64,000 bases of DNA from NCBI GenBank assembly GCA_046048995.1, contig JBJOEZ010000016.1, forward strand, positions 7,243 to 71,242. The letters run 5' to 3'. Source of the stretch: Verrucomicrobiota bacterium. Its GTDB lineage: Bacteria; Verrucomicrobiota; Verrucomicrobiia; Limisphaerales; JADJPG01. The notes beneath the pieces are model-generated. The model worked only from the letters and a program-made list of their open reading frames with translations. It was not told where the DNA came from and made no database searches. The position numbers and the translations under genes are program-made. Below, piece after piece: positions 17,701 to 25,172 of this stretch (position 1 is the first letter of the stretch; each line of letters opens with the position of its first letter).

Positions 17701-20700
17701 CGGTCATCGGATACACCAACGGCAGTTCCAGCGGGGTCCTCCGGTTCACGCCGCAGCCCAATGCGCATGGCGAGGCCACCCTCACCGTCACCATCCAGGA
17801 TGGAGCGGCCAGCAACAACCTCGTGACCCGCTCCTTCCTCGTGCAGGTCGCCCCCGTCAACGACCCCCCGGTGCTGGCCATGCCCTCCTCGCGCAGCCTG
17901 GACGAGGACACCACCGCGTCCCTGCCCGCCTATGTCAACGATGTGGAGGAACCCGCCCGCCTCCAGTTGGCCGTCCTGTCCGGCAACCCCACCCTCTTCC
18001 CTCCAGGCAGCCTTTCCTGGGAGGGCACCGGCACCAACCGCACCCTGATTCTCCACCCCGCCACCAACCGCTTCGGCTCCGCCCAGTTGACCTGCGTCCT
18101 GACCGATTCGGACGGCGTCAGCGTGACCAACCTGCTCCAAGTGGAAGTGCTCGCGGTCAATGATGTGCCGTTCATCGATCCCATCGCCGACCTGGCCCTG
18201 GATGAGGACACTGCAAGCCCTGCCATTCCCGTCACTGTGACCGATCCCGACAACCTCGGCCTGTTCCTGACCGTGACCGCGGCCTCCTCCAACCCCGTCC
18301 TCATTCCGCCCGGCGCCTTGGCGGTCACCGGCAAGCCGGCCAACCGCACGCTGCAGTTCTTGCCCGCCACCAACCAGTCCGGCACCGCAACCATCACCGT
18401 CACCGCCACCGACGGACTGGCCTCCAGCACCCGCACCTTCCAGGTCACGGTCCTGCCCGTCAATGATCCCCCGTTCATCAGCGACCTGCCGGACCGCGCC
18501 ATCAATGAGGATGAATCCACCGGGCCGGTGGCCTTCACCGTGCAGGATGCGGACCCGGATGCCGTGCTCAGCGTTTCCGCCACCTGCTCCAACCCCTTGC
18601 TCGTCCCCGCCGGGGGCGTGACCCTCGGAGGCAGCGGCCCCAACCGAACCATCCGCATCCTTCCGGCCACCAATGCCCACGGCGTGTGCATCATCACCCT
18701 CACGGTCAGTGACGGCCTGGCCACGGCCACCGACAGCTTCCAACTCACTGTCCTCCCCATCAACGATCCGCCGCAACTCACCGTGGGCCCGGCCATCACC
18801 CTCCCCGAGGACACCTCGACCAACCTGGTCATCACCGTGGTGGACATCGAGTCTCCCGCCTCGGCTCTCTCCCTCGCGGCAGGTTCCTCCAACCCGGCCC
18901 TGCTGCCGGCGGCCGGCCTCGTGCCCACAGGCAATGGAACCACCCGCAGCCTGCCCGTCGCCCCGGCCCCCGACGGCTTTGGCAACGCGGTCATCACCCT
19001 GCTGCTGACCGACCCGGACGGTGGCACCAACACCGCCACGGTCGATCTCTCCGTGGTTTCCCTCAACGATCCTCCCACCCTCGACCAACCCGCGGATGTC
19101 GCGGTCGATGAAGACGCCGGGCCGCAGACTCTCCTGCTCACCGGCATCACGCCTGGGCCGGCCAACGAGATTCAGTCCCTGGTGCTCTCGGCCATTTCCA
19201 GCGCACCCGCCATCATACCCAACCCCACCATCAGCTATACCAACGGCGGAGCGACCGCCGTGCTTCGGTTCACCCCGGTGCCGGATGCCTACGGGCAGGC
19301 TTCCATCACGGTCACCGTCGATGACGGCGGGCCCACCAACCGGTCCCTCACCCGCAGCCTGGTCATACAGGTGCGCCCCGTGAACGACCTGCCCACTCTC
19401 GGCCTGCCCGGTCCCCAGCGCATCCCCGAGGACACTTCCTTGAGCCTCAACCTGCTCGTCAATGACGTGGAGGGCGCCGCCCTGGTCGCCCTTGCCGCAG
19501 TGTCGGACAACCCCGCCCTGCTGGGGCCGTCCTCGCTGACGCTCGCCGGGTCCGGGACCAACCGGACCCTGACCATCACCCCGGCCACCAACGCCTTCGG
19601 GTCCGCCCGCATCACCGTGACCGCCACCGATGGCGGGGGCGGCACGACCCAGGGCTTTGTGGACCTCCAGGTCGACCCCGTCAATGACCGGCCCACCCTC
19701 ACCTCCTTCAACGCCCTGAGCCTCCTTGAAGACATCGCCAGCGGCGAGTTGCCTTTCGCCATCAATGATGTGGAAACCGACCCCGCCTTGCTGCAGGTCA
19801 CGATCTCCTCCTTGAACCCCTCGCTCTTCAGCCCCGTCGGCCTCGTGCTCGGGGGGGCGTCGGCCAACCGGTCCCTGCGCCTGTTCCCCACCACCAATCA
19901 AAGCGGCCTCGCCACCCTCATCGTCACGGTGTCGGATGGCCAACTCGCGGCCAGCAACTCCTTCGAGGTTACCGTCCAAGCCGTCAATGACCTCCCCACC
20001 CTGATCCTCCCCGGCGATTCGTCGATCGCCGAGGACACCGCCGCCGGGCCGCTGTCCGTGGCTGTGGGCGACATCGAGACGCCGCCGGGTTCCCTCTCCG
20101 TCCTCGCCTCCTCCTCCGACCCGCTTCTCCTCCCGCCTTCCGGGATCCTGCTCGGCGGCTCGGGAGCCAGCCGCACCCTGCTGCTCACCCCGGCCCCCCA
20201 CCGCTCGGGCACCGCCATGGTGTCGGTGGTGGTCACGGACGCCGATGCCGGGTCCGTCAGCAATGCCTTCCGCTTGACCGTCAGCCCGGTCAATGATGCC
20301 CCATCCCTGAACGCCATCTCCGACGTTGTCACCAACGAGGACGCCGGCCCCCTCTTCATCGGCCTGTCCGGCATCAGCGCCGGGCCGCTCGAGTCGCAAG
20401 CGCTCTCGGTCACGGTCACGGCGCAAAACCCCGCGCTGTTCTCCGCCACCACCGTCAATTACAGCAGCCCCGCCAGCATCGGCTCGATCGTCCTCACCCC
20501 GGCCACCAACGCCAATGGATCCTCCCTCGTCACCGTCACTGTCCGCGACGACGGCGCCGGGTCGAACACGTTCTCGCGGTCCTTCACGGTCTCCCTGCTC
20601 CCGGTCAATGATCCCCCCACCCTTTCACCCCTCGCCAACCTGACCCTCCCGGAGGATGCCCCCGCCCAGGTCATCACTCTGGCCGGCATCAGCGCCGGGC

Positions 20701-23700
20701 CCGCCGACGAACTCCAACCGCTTGCCGTCACCGCCCTCTCCGATAATCCCGGGCTCATCCCCCACCCCGCGGTCAACTTCACCAGCCCCGGCCCCGGGGG
20801 AACCCTATCCTTTACCCCGGTTGCCAATGCCTTCGGCACGGCTCGAATCACCGTCACCGTCTCCGAGCCAGGCGGCGGATTGTCTGTCGCCCAGTCGTTC
20901 ACCGTCCAGGTGACAAACGTCAATGACGCCCCCGGCATCGTCGGCCCCGGCCCCCAATCGCTGCCGCGCAGTGTCGCCACCAATCTCCTTTTCTCCGTTG
21001 GCGACATCGACAACGACGTCACGGCCCTGACCGTGGCCGCCGCCTCCTCCAACCCCACCCTGTTCCCGGCTGGGAGCCTCGTGGTGTCCGGCACCGGCAG
21101 CCAGCGCACCCTCGCCGCGGCCCCCGCCACCAACCGCTCCGGCACCGCCACCATCGTCCTCACCGTCACCGACCCTGCCGGCGGCCAGGCTTCCGCCAGC
21201 TTCCTCTTCACGGTCTCCCCCACCGGCCTGCCCCCCGCCCTTTCGCCGCTGTCCAACCGCGCCACCGCCGAGGACACCCCGCTCACCGTCGCGTTCACCG
21301 TCAGCGACTTTGAAACTCCGGCCGCCAACCTGGCCGTCACGGCCACCTCCTCGAACAGCAGCCTGCTGCCCCCCTCCAGCCTGACCCTCGGCGGAAGCGG
21401 GGCCAACCGGACGCTCACGCTGCTTCCCCGGACCAACCAGGCCGGCACCACCCTGATCACGCTCCGGGTCACGGATGCCGAAGGCCAGTTTGCCACGGGC
21501 AGTTTCCTGGTCACGGTCACGAACGTGAACGATCCCCCCATGCTGTCCGGCCTGCCCGACCTGTCCCTCGACGAGGATGCCGCCACCGGTCCCCTGCCCT
21601 TCACCGTGCAGGACGTCGAGACGCCGGCAACCAATCTGACGGTCACCGCGCAATCCTCCAACCCAACACTGCTCCCGCCCGCCAGGCTGATCCTGGGTGG
21701 CACCGGGGCCAACCGGACCCTCACCGTCACGCCCGCGCCGGACCAGTCCGGCACCGCCACGGTCACGCTCGTCATCGATGATGGCGAGGGCGGCACCGGC
21801 ACACGCTCCTTTGCAGTGAGCGTGGCCCCGGTCAATGACCCACCCACCCTCGATACCCCCGCCAACATTTCCATCCCCGAGGACGCCGGTTCCCAGTCCG
21901 TCTCCCTGACCGGCCTCAGCGCGGGGGGCGGTGAGGCCCAGCCCCTCTCCATCACGGCCACCTCCAGCAACCTCGCCCTGCTGCCTCATCCGCAGGTTTC
22001 CTACACCTCGCCCCAGGCCTCGGGTTCCCTGCTGCTCAACCCGGCTCCCAATGCCTCCGGCACCAGCCTGGTCACGGTAACCGTCCAGGACACCGGCACC
22101 TCCAACCAAGTCCTCGTCCGCTCCTTCCTCGTCACCGTGGTCCCGGCCAACGATCCCCCGTCCCTCTCGTCCATCGCCGACCAACGCACGGCCGAGGATG
22201 TCGCCGGGACCGTCAGCTTCACCGTGCAGGATGCCGAGACGCCCGCCGCACAGTTGGCCGTCACCGCCTACGCCAGCGACCCCCTCCTGCTCCCCGCCGG
22301 CAACATCCTCATCCATGGCAGTGGCACCAATCGCACCGCCATCCTGCAGCCCGCCCCGGACCGCTTCGGCACCACCACGGTCAACATCGCTGTCAGCGAC
22401 GGCGTTGCCTCCAACGTCACCTCCTTCGCGTTCGGCGTCTTCGCCGTCAATGACCCGCCCTCCCTCAACCCGCTCACCAACGCCCTCTACAATGCCAGCC
22501 CCGGCATCATCACCCTCCGGCTCACCGGCATCGGCGCGGGCAACGCCTTCGAGTCCGATTCCCCCTTCACCCTGACCACCACCAATTCGTTCCCTGCCGC
22601 CTTCTGGCAAAGCGCGCCGGTTGCCACCTACAGCGGCGGCACCACGGGGACGCTGACCTTCCGCCCCGCCAGCAACCAGACCAACAGCGGCGTCGTCGCC
22701 GTTCTGCTCAATGACGGCCGTTCCTCGAACAACATCACGGTGCGCACCTTTCTCCTCTCCGTCCGCTCCAGTGCCAACGCCCAGCCTTGGATCAGCGGCC
22801 TGTCCGCCCAGTCCCTCAATGAGGATGCCACCCTCGGGCCGCTCAGCTTTACGGTCGGCGACGCGCTGACCCCGGCCGGCGAACTCGTCGTCACCGTGAC
22901 CTCGTCCAACCAGGCGGTCATCCCCAACACGGGCCTCGTGCTCGGCGGCTCCGGATCCACCCGCACCCTCACCATCACCCCGACCCCCAACGCCTCCGGT
23001 TCCTCCCTCCTTTCCCTCGTGGTCCAGGACACCGCCTTCGCCTTCACCAACCTCAACGTCCTGGTCACGGTCAACCCCGTCAATGACCCGCCGACCATCT
23101 CCCCGGTCGGCAACCTCGCCGCCACCGAGGATGCCGCCCCGGCCGTGGTGCCCTTTGGCGTGGCCGACCTCGAGACCAGCCCGGCCGCCTTGGTGGTCAC
23201 CGCGACCTCCGGCAACCCCACCCTGGTGCCCTCCGGCAACCTGGCGCTCGGCGGCAACGGCACCAATCGCGCCCTCGTGATCACGCCCGCCCCCAACCAG
23301 TCCGGCAGCAGCCTGATCACCCTCACCGTCAACGACGGCACCACCACCGCCAACACCAGCTTTACTTTCTCCGTCGCCCCGGCCAACGACCCGCCTTCCC
23401 TCGTTGCCCCCGGCCCGGTCACCCTCGCCGAGGACGCCTCCAGCGGCCCGCTCCCCGTCACCCTCGCCGACCCCGAAACCGCCGCCGGAGGCCTCTCCCT
23501 GTCAGCCGTGTCCTCCCATCCCACCCTCCTGCCCAACACCAACCTGGTCCTGGGCGGCAGTGGCGGCAGCCGCACCCTGACCCTCACGCCCCTGCCCAAC
23601 CAGTCGGGCACCGCCACCATCACGCTCACGGTCGGGGATGGCACCAATTCCACCACGGCCTCCTTCCCCGTCACCGTCAACCCCGTGAACGACGCCCCCA

Positions 23701-24512
23701 CCCTCAACCCCATCGGACCCCTCTCGCTGCCGCAGGATGCCCCGCCCACCACCGTCACCCTGACCGGGATCAGCGCCGGCGAAGGTGAAAGCCAACTCCT
23801 GGTGCTCGCGGCCAGTTCCAGCCTCCCCTCCCTCATCCCGCACCCCGCCGTCAGTTACACAAGCCCCGCCTCCTCGGGAACCCTCACCCTCTCGCCCGTC
23901 GCCGGAGCCCATGGAACGGCCCAAATCACCGTCATCCTCAGCGATGGCCAGCCGGAAAACTCCCTCGTCACCCGCAGCTTCACGGTCACCATCAACAGCG
24001 CCCCCGGCATCTCCCCCATCGCCGATCAACTCCTCTCCGGCAGCACGCCCTCAACCCTCGTGACCTTTACCGTCAGCGACCCGGAATCCCCGGCTGCCGA
24101 TCTCTCCGTCTCCACCACCTCTTCCAACCCCGTCCTGATCGGTTCCTCCCACCTCGTCCTCGGAGGCGCCGGCGCCGCCCGCACCCTCCAGGTTTCCCAT
24201 GCCCCCGGCCAGTCGGGCTTCGCCGTCATCACCGTCACGGCGCGGGATCCCCAGGGCAACACCGCCAACACCAGCTTCCTCGTCACCGTTCTCCCCTCCG
24301 CCACCCCGCCCGTGCTCACCATCGCCCGGGCCGGCAATGGCATCCTTCTCCGGTGGCCCATCGAGGCCGGGGACTACGTCCTGGAAGCCCAGTCCGCCCT
24401 GCTCGGGCCTTGGGCCCCGGTGGCAATCGCCCCGGTGCCCGACAACGGGCAGAATACCGTGACGCTCCCCCTCACGGGCAGCCACCAGTTCTTCCGCCTG
24501 CGCCTGCGCTGA
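11715..24512 (+). CDS. Giant secreted repeat protein (4265 aa): signal peptide, Pro/Ser-rich linker, unknown globular N-domain, DUF11-type repeats, about 33 cadherin-like ~100-aa modules, FYR-type tail
   Basis: Track ORF 11619..24512. I prefer the ATG at 11715 (MSRRVFSLEPG...LLWACLLGATPLRAAEG), which gives a plausible signal peptide. High GC3 throughout. DUF11-type units (DLSVLASDTPDP..., DLAVSATVAPDP...VTNRGPNSAT...NN). Modules end in PVNDPP, DANDPP, PINDPP or AVNDAP. Tail ends ...SHQFFRLRLR-stop. Confidence 0.85.
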   Translation: MSRRVFSLEPGPGRPASLLPVRRLFHGLLWACLLGATPLRAAEGFPATPGVPGQATRKPDVTVNTLPPLGPGTPATSARSKPRLRRERDPRSLPPVSPSLQGDGPSTRPIYSDASPSSGDALSPAGFFPADSPPSPPPSASFQAVMDDGTTYNPDTSGAVGTNHLMTVVASAVQILNRAGTQLSLVSLASFWSNLGTNGNPVVYDPRVLYDPAAQRWVLAGTANPGLTNPGLLVAVSQSSDPTAGWHRYFLPTDLQTDVFPDSPNLGLSRDSVIISANMFDSTNYFHASADVFVLNKAALYAGTSTPPLLRFSRNDIGPPVNIPVPAVALDGPAATNYLVGNWNGDTTNGGYLAVYTLSTNANNVLELNLNSFSRELPVGTPRWDSYGLNDDNFAPQAGTTNRIYLGDSRIGNVVYRVSPDANTLFLAQTVFVPPGGQPTRAAVQWWEITLNGVVIQRGRIEDTATGRHFAYPSIAVNRRNDVLIGYSRFGPTQFPGANYSFRIDADLFSSLRGDSVLKAGEAKFHAPDDFGLTRWGDWSAAVVDPNDDTDLWTLQEYASSPVNAIDRWGTWWGRVSPPSDLSVLASDTPDPAVAGTDVTYAATVITTNNKIQRVTGVRLQATLPPTATLLSVTPSQGSCGTTNGIVTCDFGTVGDQGRATVSLLVRYLTNGSPSLSFSASANGPELTPLNNSASVTTTVLPAADLAVSATVAPDPVTVSNQVAYTLAVTNRGPNSATSLQLTNTLPPNTAFVAASPSQGTCSHNAGVVTCNLGTLPPLGVATIQITARPNAPGNLTNRTVAASASVDTLPANNTAIVSLLANAAPTLGFISDRTISEDTSLGPVNFSVGDFETPAGSLVLSGISSNPSIVPHANILFGGSGSNRNVTVTPLANANGTVAITRIVTDPLGASATNSFLLTILPVNDPPSLSAVAPITMAEDTTTNVSFSVNDSETPAAVLAVSGASSNPSLIPNASLVFGGVGASRTLTLTPAPNQHGTATISLTVSDGTNTASINFLVTVLDANDPPSVSGLTSRSVPEDGSTGPIPFTVGDIETPATSLSVTGFSANPTLVPGASLVFGGSGANRTLTVTPATNQFGTATILVVVTDTNSASATNAFDLSITPVNDPPTLTQPGDRSVNEDAGPVSVALLGITPGATNEIQAVFLTASSSNPSLIPAPTVSYSGGPTGLLTLTPAPNASGTAVLTVTAIDDGSSNNVTTRAFTVTVLPINDPPVVAGLLDRLTDEDATAGPYAFTVGDLESASTALTLTASSSDASLVPPANITFSGTGSNRFLTIVPAANATGSCRIFITVNDGQGTTTDSFLLTVRPVNDPPALAPLPSRTFDEDTTTNVTVALTDPESPASALTLAASSSNPSLLPPSGLQFAGAGSPRTLTLVPAADQFGSAVVTVIATDPEGGTNATSFAVTVLPVNDPPTLGPIPNVTTNEDAGPQVILLSGVGPGAANESQVLTFTVASGNPALIPNPTVSYTNGATTALLRFTPAPNAHGETTLTLTLDDGASSNRTVSQSLTVRILPVNDLPILAVPGPQTMAEDTTRDLALSVSDVESGAAVTLSVLSSNPELFSEAGLLLSGSGTNRTLSLRPLTNAFGSAEILVTATDADGGTTNAAFEVTVNPVNDSPSLSPISALVINEDTLSPALAFTIQDAETPATALQVSASSSNPTLIPQAGLTLSGAGANRSLRVLPATNQFGTASITVQVSDGALTATNIFLVTVQPVDDPPTLSSLSDLAVDEDSPAGPLAVTLGDVETPASALLLTVTSSDQALLPDARITVAGTGATRQLTLLPATNAHGSSLITVSVSDGQATTANSFLLTVRPVNDPPALAVPPSLQLDEDGPGLVLLDIGDVESGPDNLTLQVISSNPVLVPPSGLALAGTGSARTLTVTPAANQSGTAELRVFLADPDGATNAGSILLTVNAVNDAPTLDALANLGLQEDAGPQSVTLSGISPGAPNEAQSLTLTAQSSNPALIPTPVIGYTNGSSSGVLRFTPQPNAHGEATLTVTIQDGAASNNLVTRSFLVQVAPVNDPPVLAMPSSRSLDEDTTASLPAYVNDVEEPARLQLAVLSGNPTLFPPGSLSWEGTGTNRTLILHPATNRFGSAQLTCVLTDSDGVSVTNLLQVEVLAVNDVPFIDPIADLALDEDTASPAIPVTVTDPDNLGLFLTVTAASSNPVLIPPGALAVTGKPANRTLQFLPATNQSGTATITVTATDGLASSTRTFQVTVLPVNDPPFISDLPDRAINEDESTGPVAFTVQDADPDAVLSVSATCSNPLLVPAGGVTLGGSGPNRTIRILPATNAHGVCIITLTVSDGLATATDSFQLTVLPINDPPQLTVGPAITLPEDTSTNLVITVVDIESPASALSLAAGSSNPALLPAAGLVPTGNGTTRSLPVAPAPDGFGNAVITLLLTDPDGGTNTATVDLSVVSLNDPPTLDQPADVAVDEDAGPQTLLLTGITPGPANEIQSLVLSAISSAPAIIPNPTISYTNGGATAVLRFTPVPDAYGQASITVTVDDGGPTNRSLTRSLVIQVRPVNDLPTLGLPGPQRIPEDTSLSLNLLVNDVEGAALVALAAVSDNPALLGPSSLTLAGSGTNRTLTITPATNAFGSARITVTATDGGGGTTQGFVDLQVDPVNDRPTLTSFNALSLLEDIASGELPFAINDVETDPALLQVTISSLNPSLFSPVGLVLGGASANRSLRLFPTTNQSGLATLIVTVSDGQLAASNSFEVTVQAVNDLPTLILPGDSSIAEDTAAGPLSVAVGDIETPPGSLSVLASSSDPLLLPPSGILLGGSGASRTLLLTPAPHRSGTAMVSVVVTDADAGSVSNAFRLTVSPVNDAPSLNAISDVVTNEDAGPLFIGLSGISAGPLESQALSVTVTAQNPALFSATTVNYSSPASIGSIVLTPATNANGSSLVTVTVRDDGAGSNTFSRSFTVSLLPVNDPPTLSPLANLTLPEDAPAQVITLAGISAGPADELQPLAVTALSDNPGLIPHPAVNFTSPGPGGTLSFTPVANAFGTARITVTVSEPGGGLSVAQSFTVQVTNVNDAPGIVGPGPQSLPRSVATNLLFSVGDIDNDVTALTVAAASSNPTLFPAGSLVVSGTGSQRTLAAAPATNRSGTATIVLTVTDPAGGQASASFLFTVSPTGLPPALSPLSNRATAEDTPLTVAFTVSDFETPAANLAVTATSSNSSLLPPSSLTLGGSGANRTLTLLPRTNQAGTTLITLRVTDAEGQFATGSFLVTVTNVNDPPMLSGLPDLSLDEDAATGPLPFTVQDVETPATNLTVTAQSSNPTLLPPARLILGGTGANRTLTVTPAPDQSGTATVTLVIDDGEGGTGTRSFAVSVAPVNDPPTLDTPANISIPEDAGSQSVSLTGLSAGGGEAQPLSITATSSNLALLPHPQVSYTSPQASGSLLLNPAPNASGTSLVTVTVQDTGTSNQVLVRSFLVTVVPANDPPSLSSIADQRTAEDVAGTVSFTVQDAETPAAQLAVTAYASDPLLLPAGNILIHGSGTNRTAILQPAPDRFGTTTVNIAVSDGVASNVTSFAFGVFAVNDPPSLNPLTNALYNASPGIITLRLTGIGAGNAFESDSPFTLTTTNSFPAAFWQSAPVATYSGGTTGTLTFRPASNQTNSGVVAVLLNDGRSSNNITVRTFLLSVRSSANAQPWISGLSAQSLNEDATLGPLSFTVGDALTPAGELVVTVTSSNQAVIPNTGLVLGGSGSTRTLTITPTPNASGSSLLSLVVQDTAFAFTNLNVLVTVNPVNDPPTISPVGNLAATEDAAPAVVPFGVADLETSPAALVVTATSGNPTLVPSGNLALGGNGTNRALVITPAPNQSGSSLITLTVNDGTTTANTSFTFSVAPANDPPSLVAPGPVTLAEDASSGPLPVTLADPETAAGGLSLSAVSSHPTLLPNTNLVLGGSGGSRTLTLTPLPNQSGTATITLTVGDGTNSTTASFPVTVNPVNDAPTLNPIGPLSLPQDAPPTTVTLTGISAGEGESQLLVLAASSSLPSLIPHPAVSYTSPASSGTLTLSPVAGAHGTAQITVILSDGQPENSLVTRSFTVTINSAPGISPIADQLLSGSTPSTLVTFTVSDPESPAADLSVSTTSSNPVLIGSSHLVLGGAGAARTLQVSHAPGQSGFAVITVTARDPQGNTANTSFLVTVLPSATPPVLTIARAGNGILLRWPIEAGDYVLEAQSALLGPWAPVAIAPVPDNGQNTVTLPLTGSHQFFRLRLR
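14181..24310 (+). repeat. In-frame array of about 33 ~300-nt cadherin-like modules inside giant gene 2, with a 5-module (~1.52 kb) super-repeat (approximate bounds)
   Basis: Same A and B module flavours as in gene 1. B-type modules (..NEDAGPQ..L.G[IV].PG..NE.Q.L.....S..PA.IP.P..[SG]YTNG.....LRFTP.P[ND]A.G[EQ]...) begin near 16024, 17549 and 19073, a spacing of 1525 and 1524 nt. Each is followed by a related A-type module. Confidence 0.75.
24305..24509 (+). other. C-terminal 'FYR' tail module of giant protein 2
   Basis: PPVLTIARAGNGILLRWPIEAGDYVLEAQSALLGPWAPVAIAPVPDNGQNTVTLPLTGSHQFFRLRLR-stop. Confidence 0.5.
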
Positions 24513-24529
24513 TCCCCCACGGCGCGGCC

Positions 24530-25153
24530 TCAGCGCCGGGCACGCCCCGCTGCCACAAACTCCCGGATCACGTCCACCTCCTCCTCCACAATGGTGTGGG
24601 CCTTCGGGAACTCCCGCCATTCGATGGACAGTCCCGCGCCCTGCAACTGCCGGACCTGCCCCCGCACCGCGTCATGCGGGATCAGGGGATCCTGGGTGCC
24701 ATGCGTGAAGAGCATGCGCTGGTCGCCCGCCATCGGTGAACGGTCCCGGAGAAGCTCATCCGGGTCGTGGACATACCCGCTGATGCCAACCAGGCCCGCC
24801 AGGCGGTGCGGGGCTCGGAAACCCACGTCCACGGTCATGAGGCAGCCCTGGGAAAAGCCCAGCAGCACGGTCTCCTCCGGAGGCCACCCCCCGGCCCGCT
24901 GCTGCTCCAGCAGGTCCAGCAGGAGCCGGCGGCTCCGCTCGATGCCCGTGCGCGCGTCGCCGCTGAAGTCATACCAGCTGTAGCCGCCGAAATACGGATC
25001 CGGGGCGTTCACCAGCAGGTAATTCATCCACGGAAGCCCCAGGGCCTGGGGCAGCCAGCGATAGCCCGCCGCGCTGTCGCCCAGGCCGTGCAGCGCCACC
25101 AGCAGGGAACGGGAACCCTCCAGCCGGGCGGGCAGAAACTCGGTGCGCAGCAT
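24530..25153 (-). CDS. Alpha/beta-hydrolase, phospholipase/carboxylesterase family
   Basis: 207-aa ORF with an ATG start. HGLGDS oxyanion-type motif, nucleophile elbow GFSQGC, and C-terminal FPKAHTI (His). Convergent with giant gene 2. Confidence 0.8.
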   Translation of the reverse strand: MLRTEFLPARLEGSRSLLVALHGLGDSAAGYRWLPQALGLPWMNYLLVNAPDPYFGGYSWYDFSGDARTGIERSRRLLLDLLEQQRAGGWPPEETVLLGFSQGCLMTVDVGFRAPHRLAGLVGISGYVHDPDELLRDRSPMAGDQRMLFTHGTQDPLIPHDAVRGQVRQLQGAGLSIEWREFPKAHTIVEEEVDVIREFVAAGRARR

Positions 25154-25172
25154 GCAGGGGGGGCGGCCCGCC

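Noticed and set aside
12627-22610. Very long minus-strand ORFs inside giant gene 2 (12627..15203, 15240..20426, 20805..22610) and the many +2/+3 shadow ORFs
   Set aside because: Their translations are G/D/R/E-rich with no structure. They mirror the repeat periodicity of the + strand gene, which has a signal peptide, coherent domain repeats and a GC3 pattern.
4909-24310. Regular ~300-nt periodic repeats, considered as a possible CRISPR or non-coding tandem array
   Set aside because: The repeats are in-frame, divergent at the nucleotide level but conserved at the protein level, have no short invariant repeat/spacer structure, and lie inside long ORFs. They are coding domain repeats.
24305-24509. 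FYR tails as PEP-CTERM, LPXTG, GlyGly-CTERM, T9SS CTD, T1SS/RTX signal or autotransporter barrel
   Set aside because: There is no PEP or LPXTG motif, no terminal TM helix plus basic cluster, no GGxGxD nonapeptides, and the tails are far too short for a barrel. The visible N-terminal signal peptides argue against T1SS. Similarity to T9SS CTDs cannot be judged by eye, so it is left as a check rather than a call.
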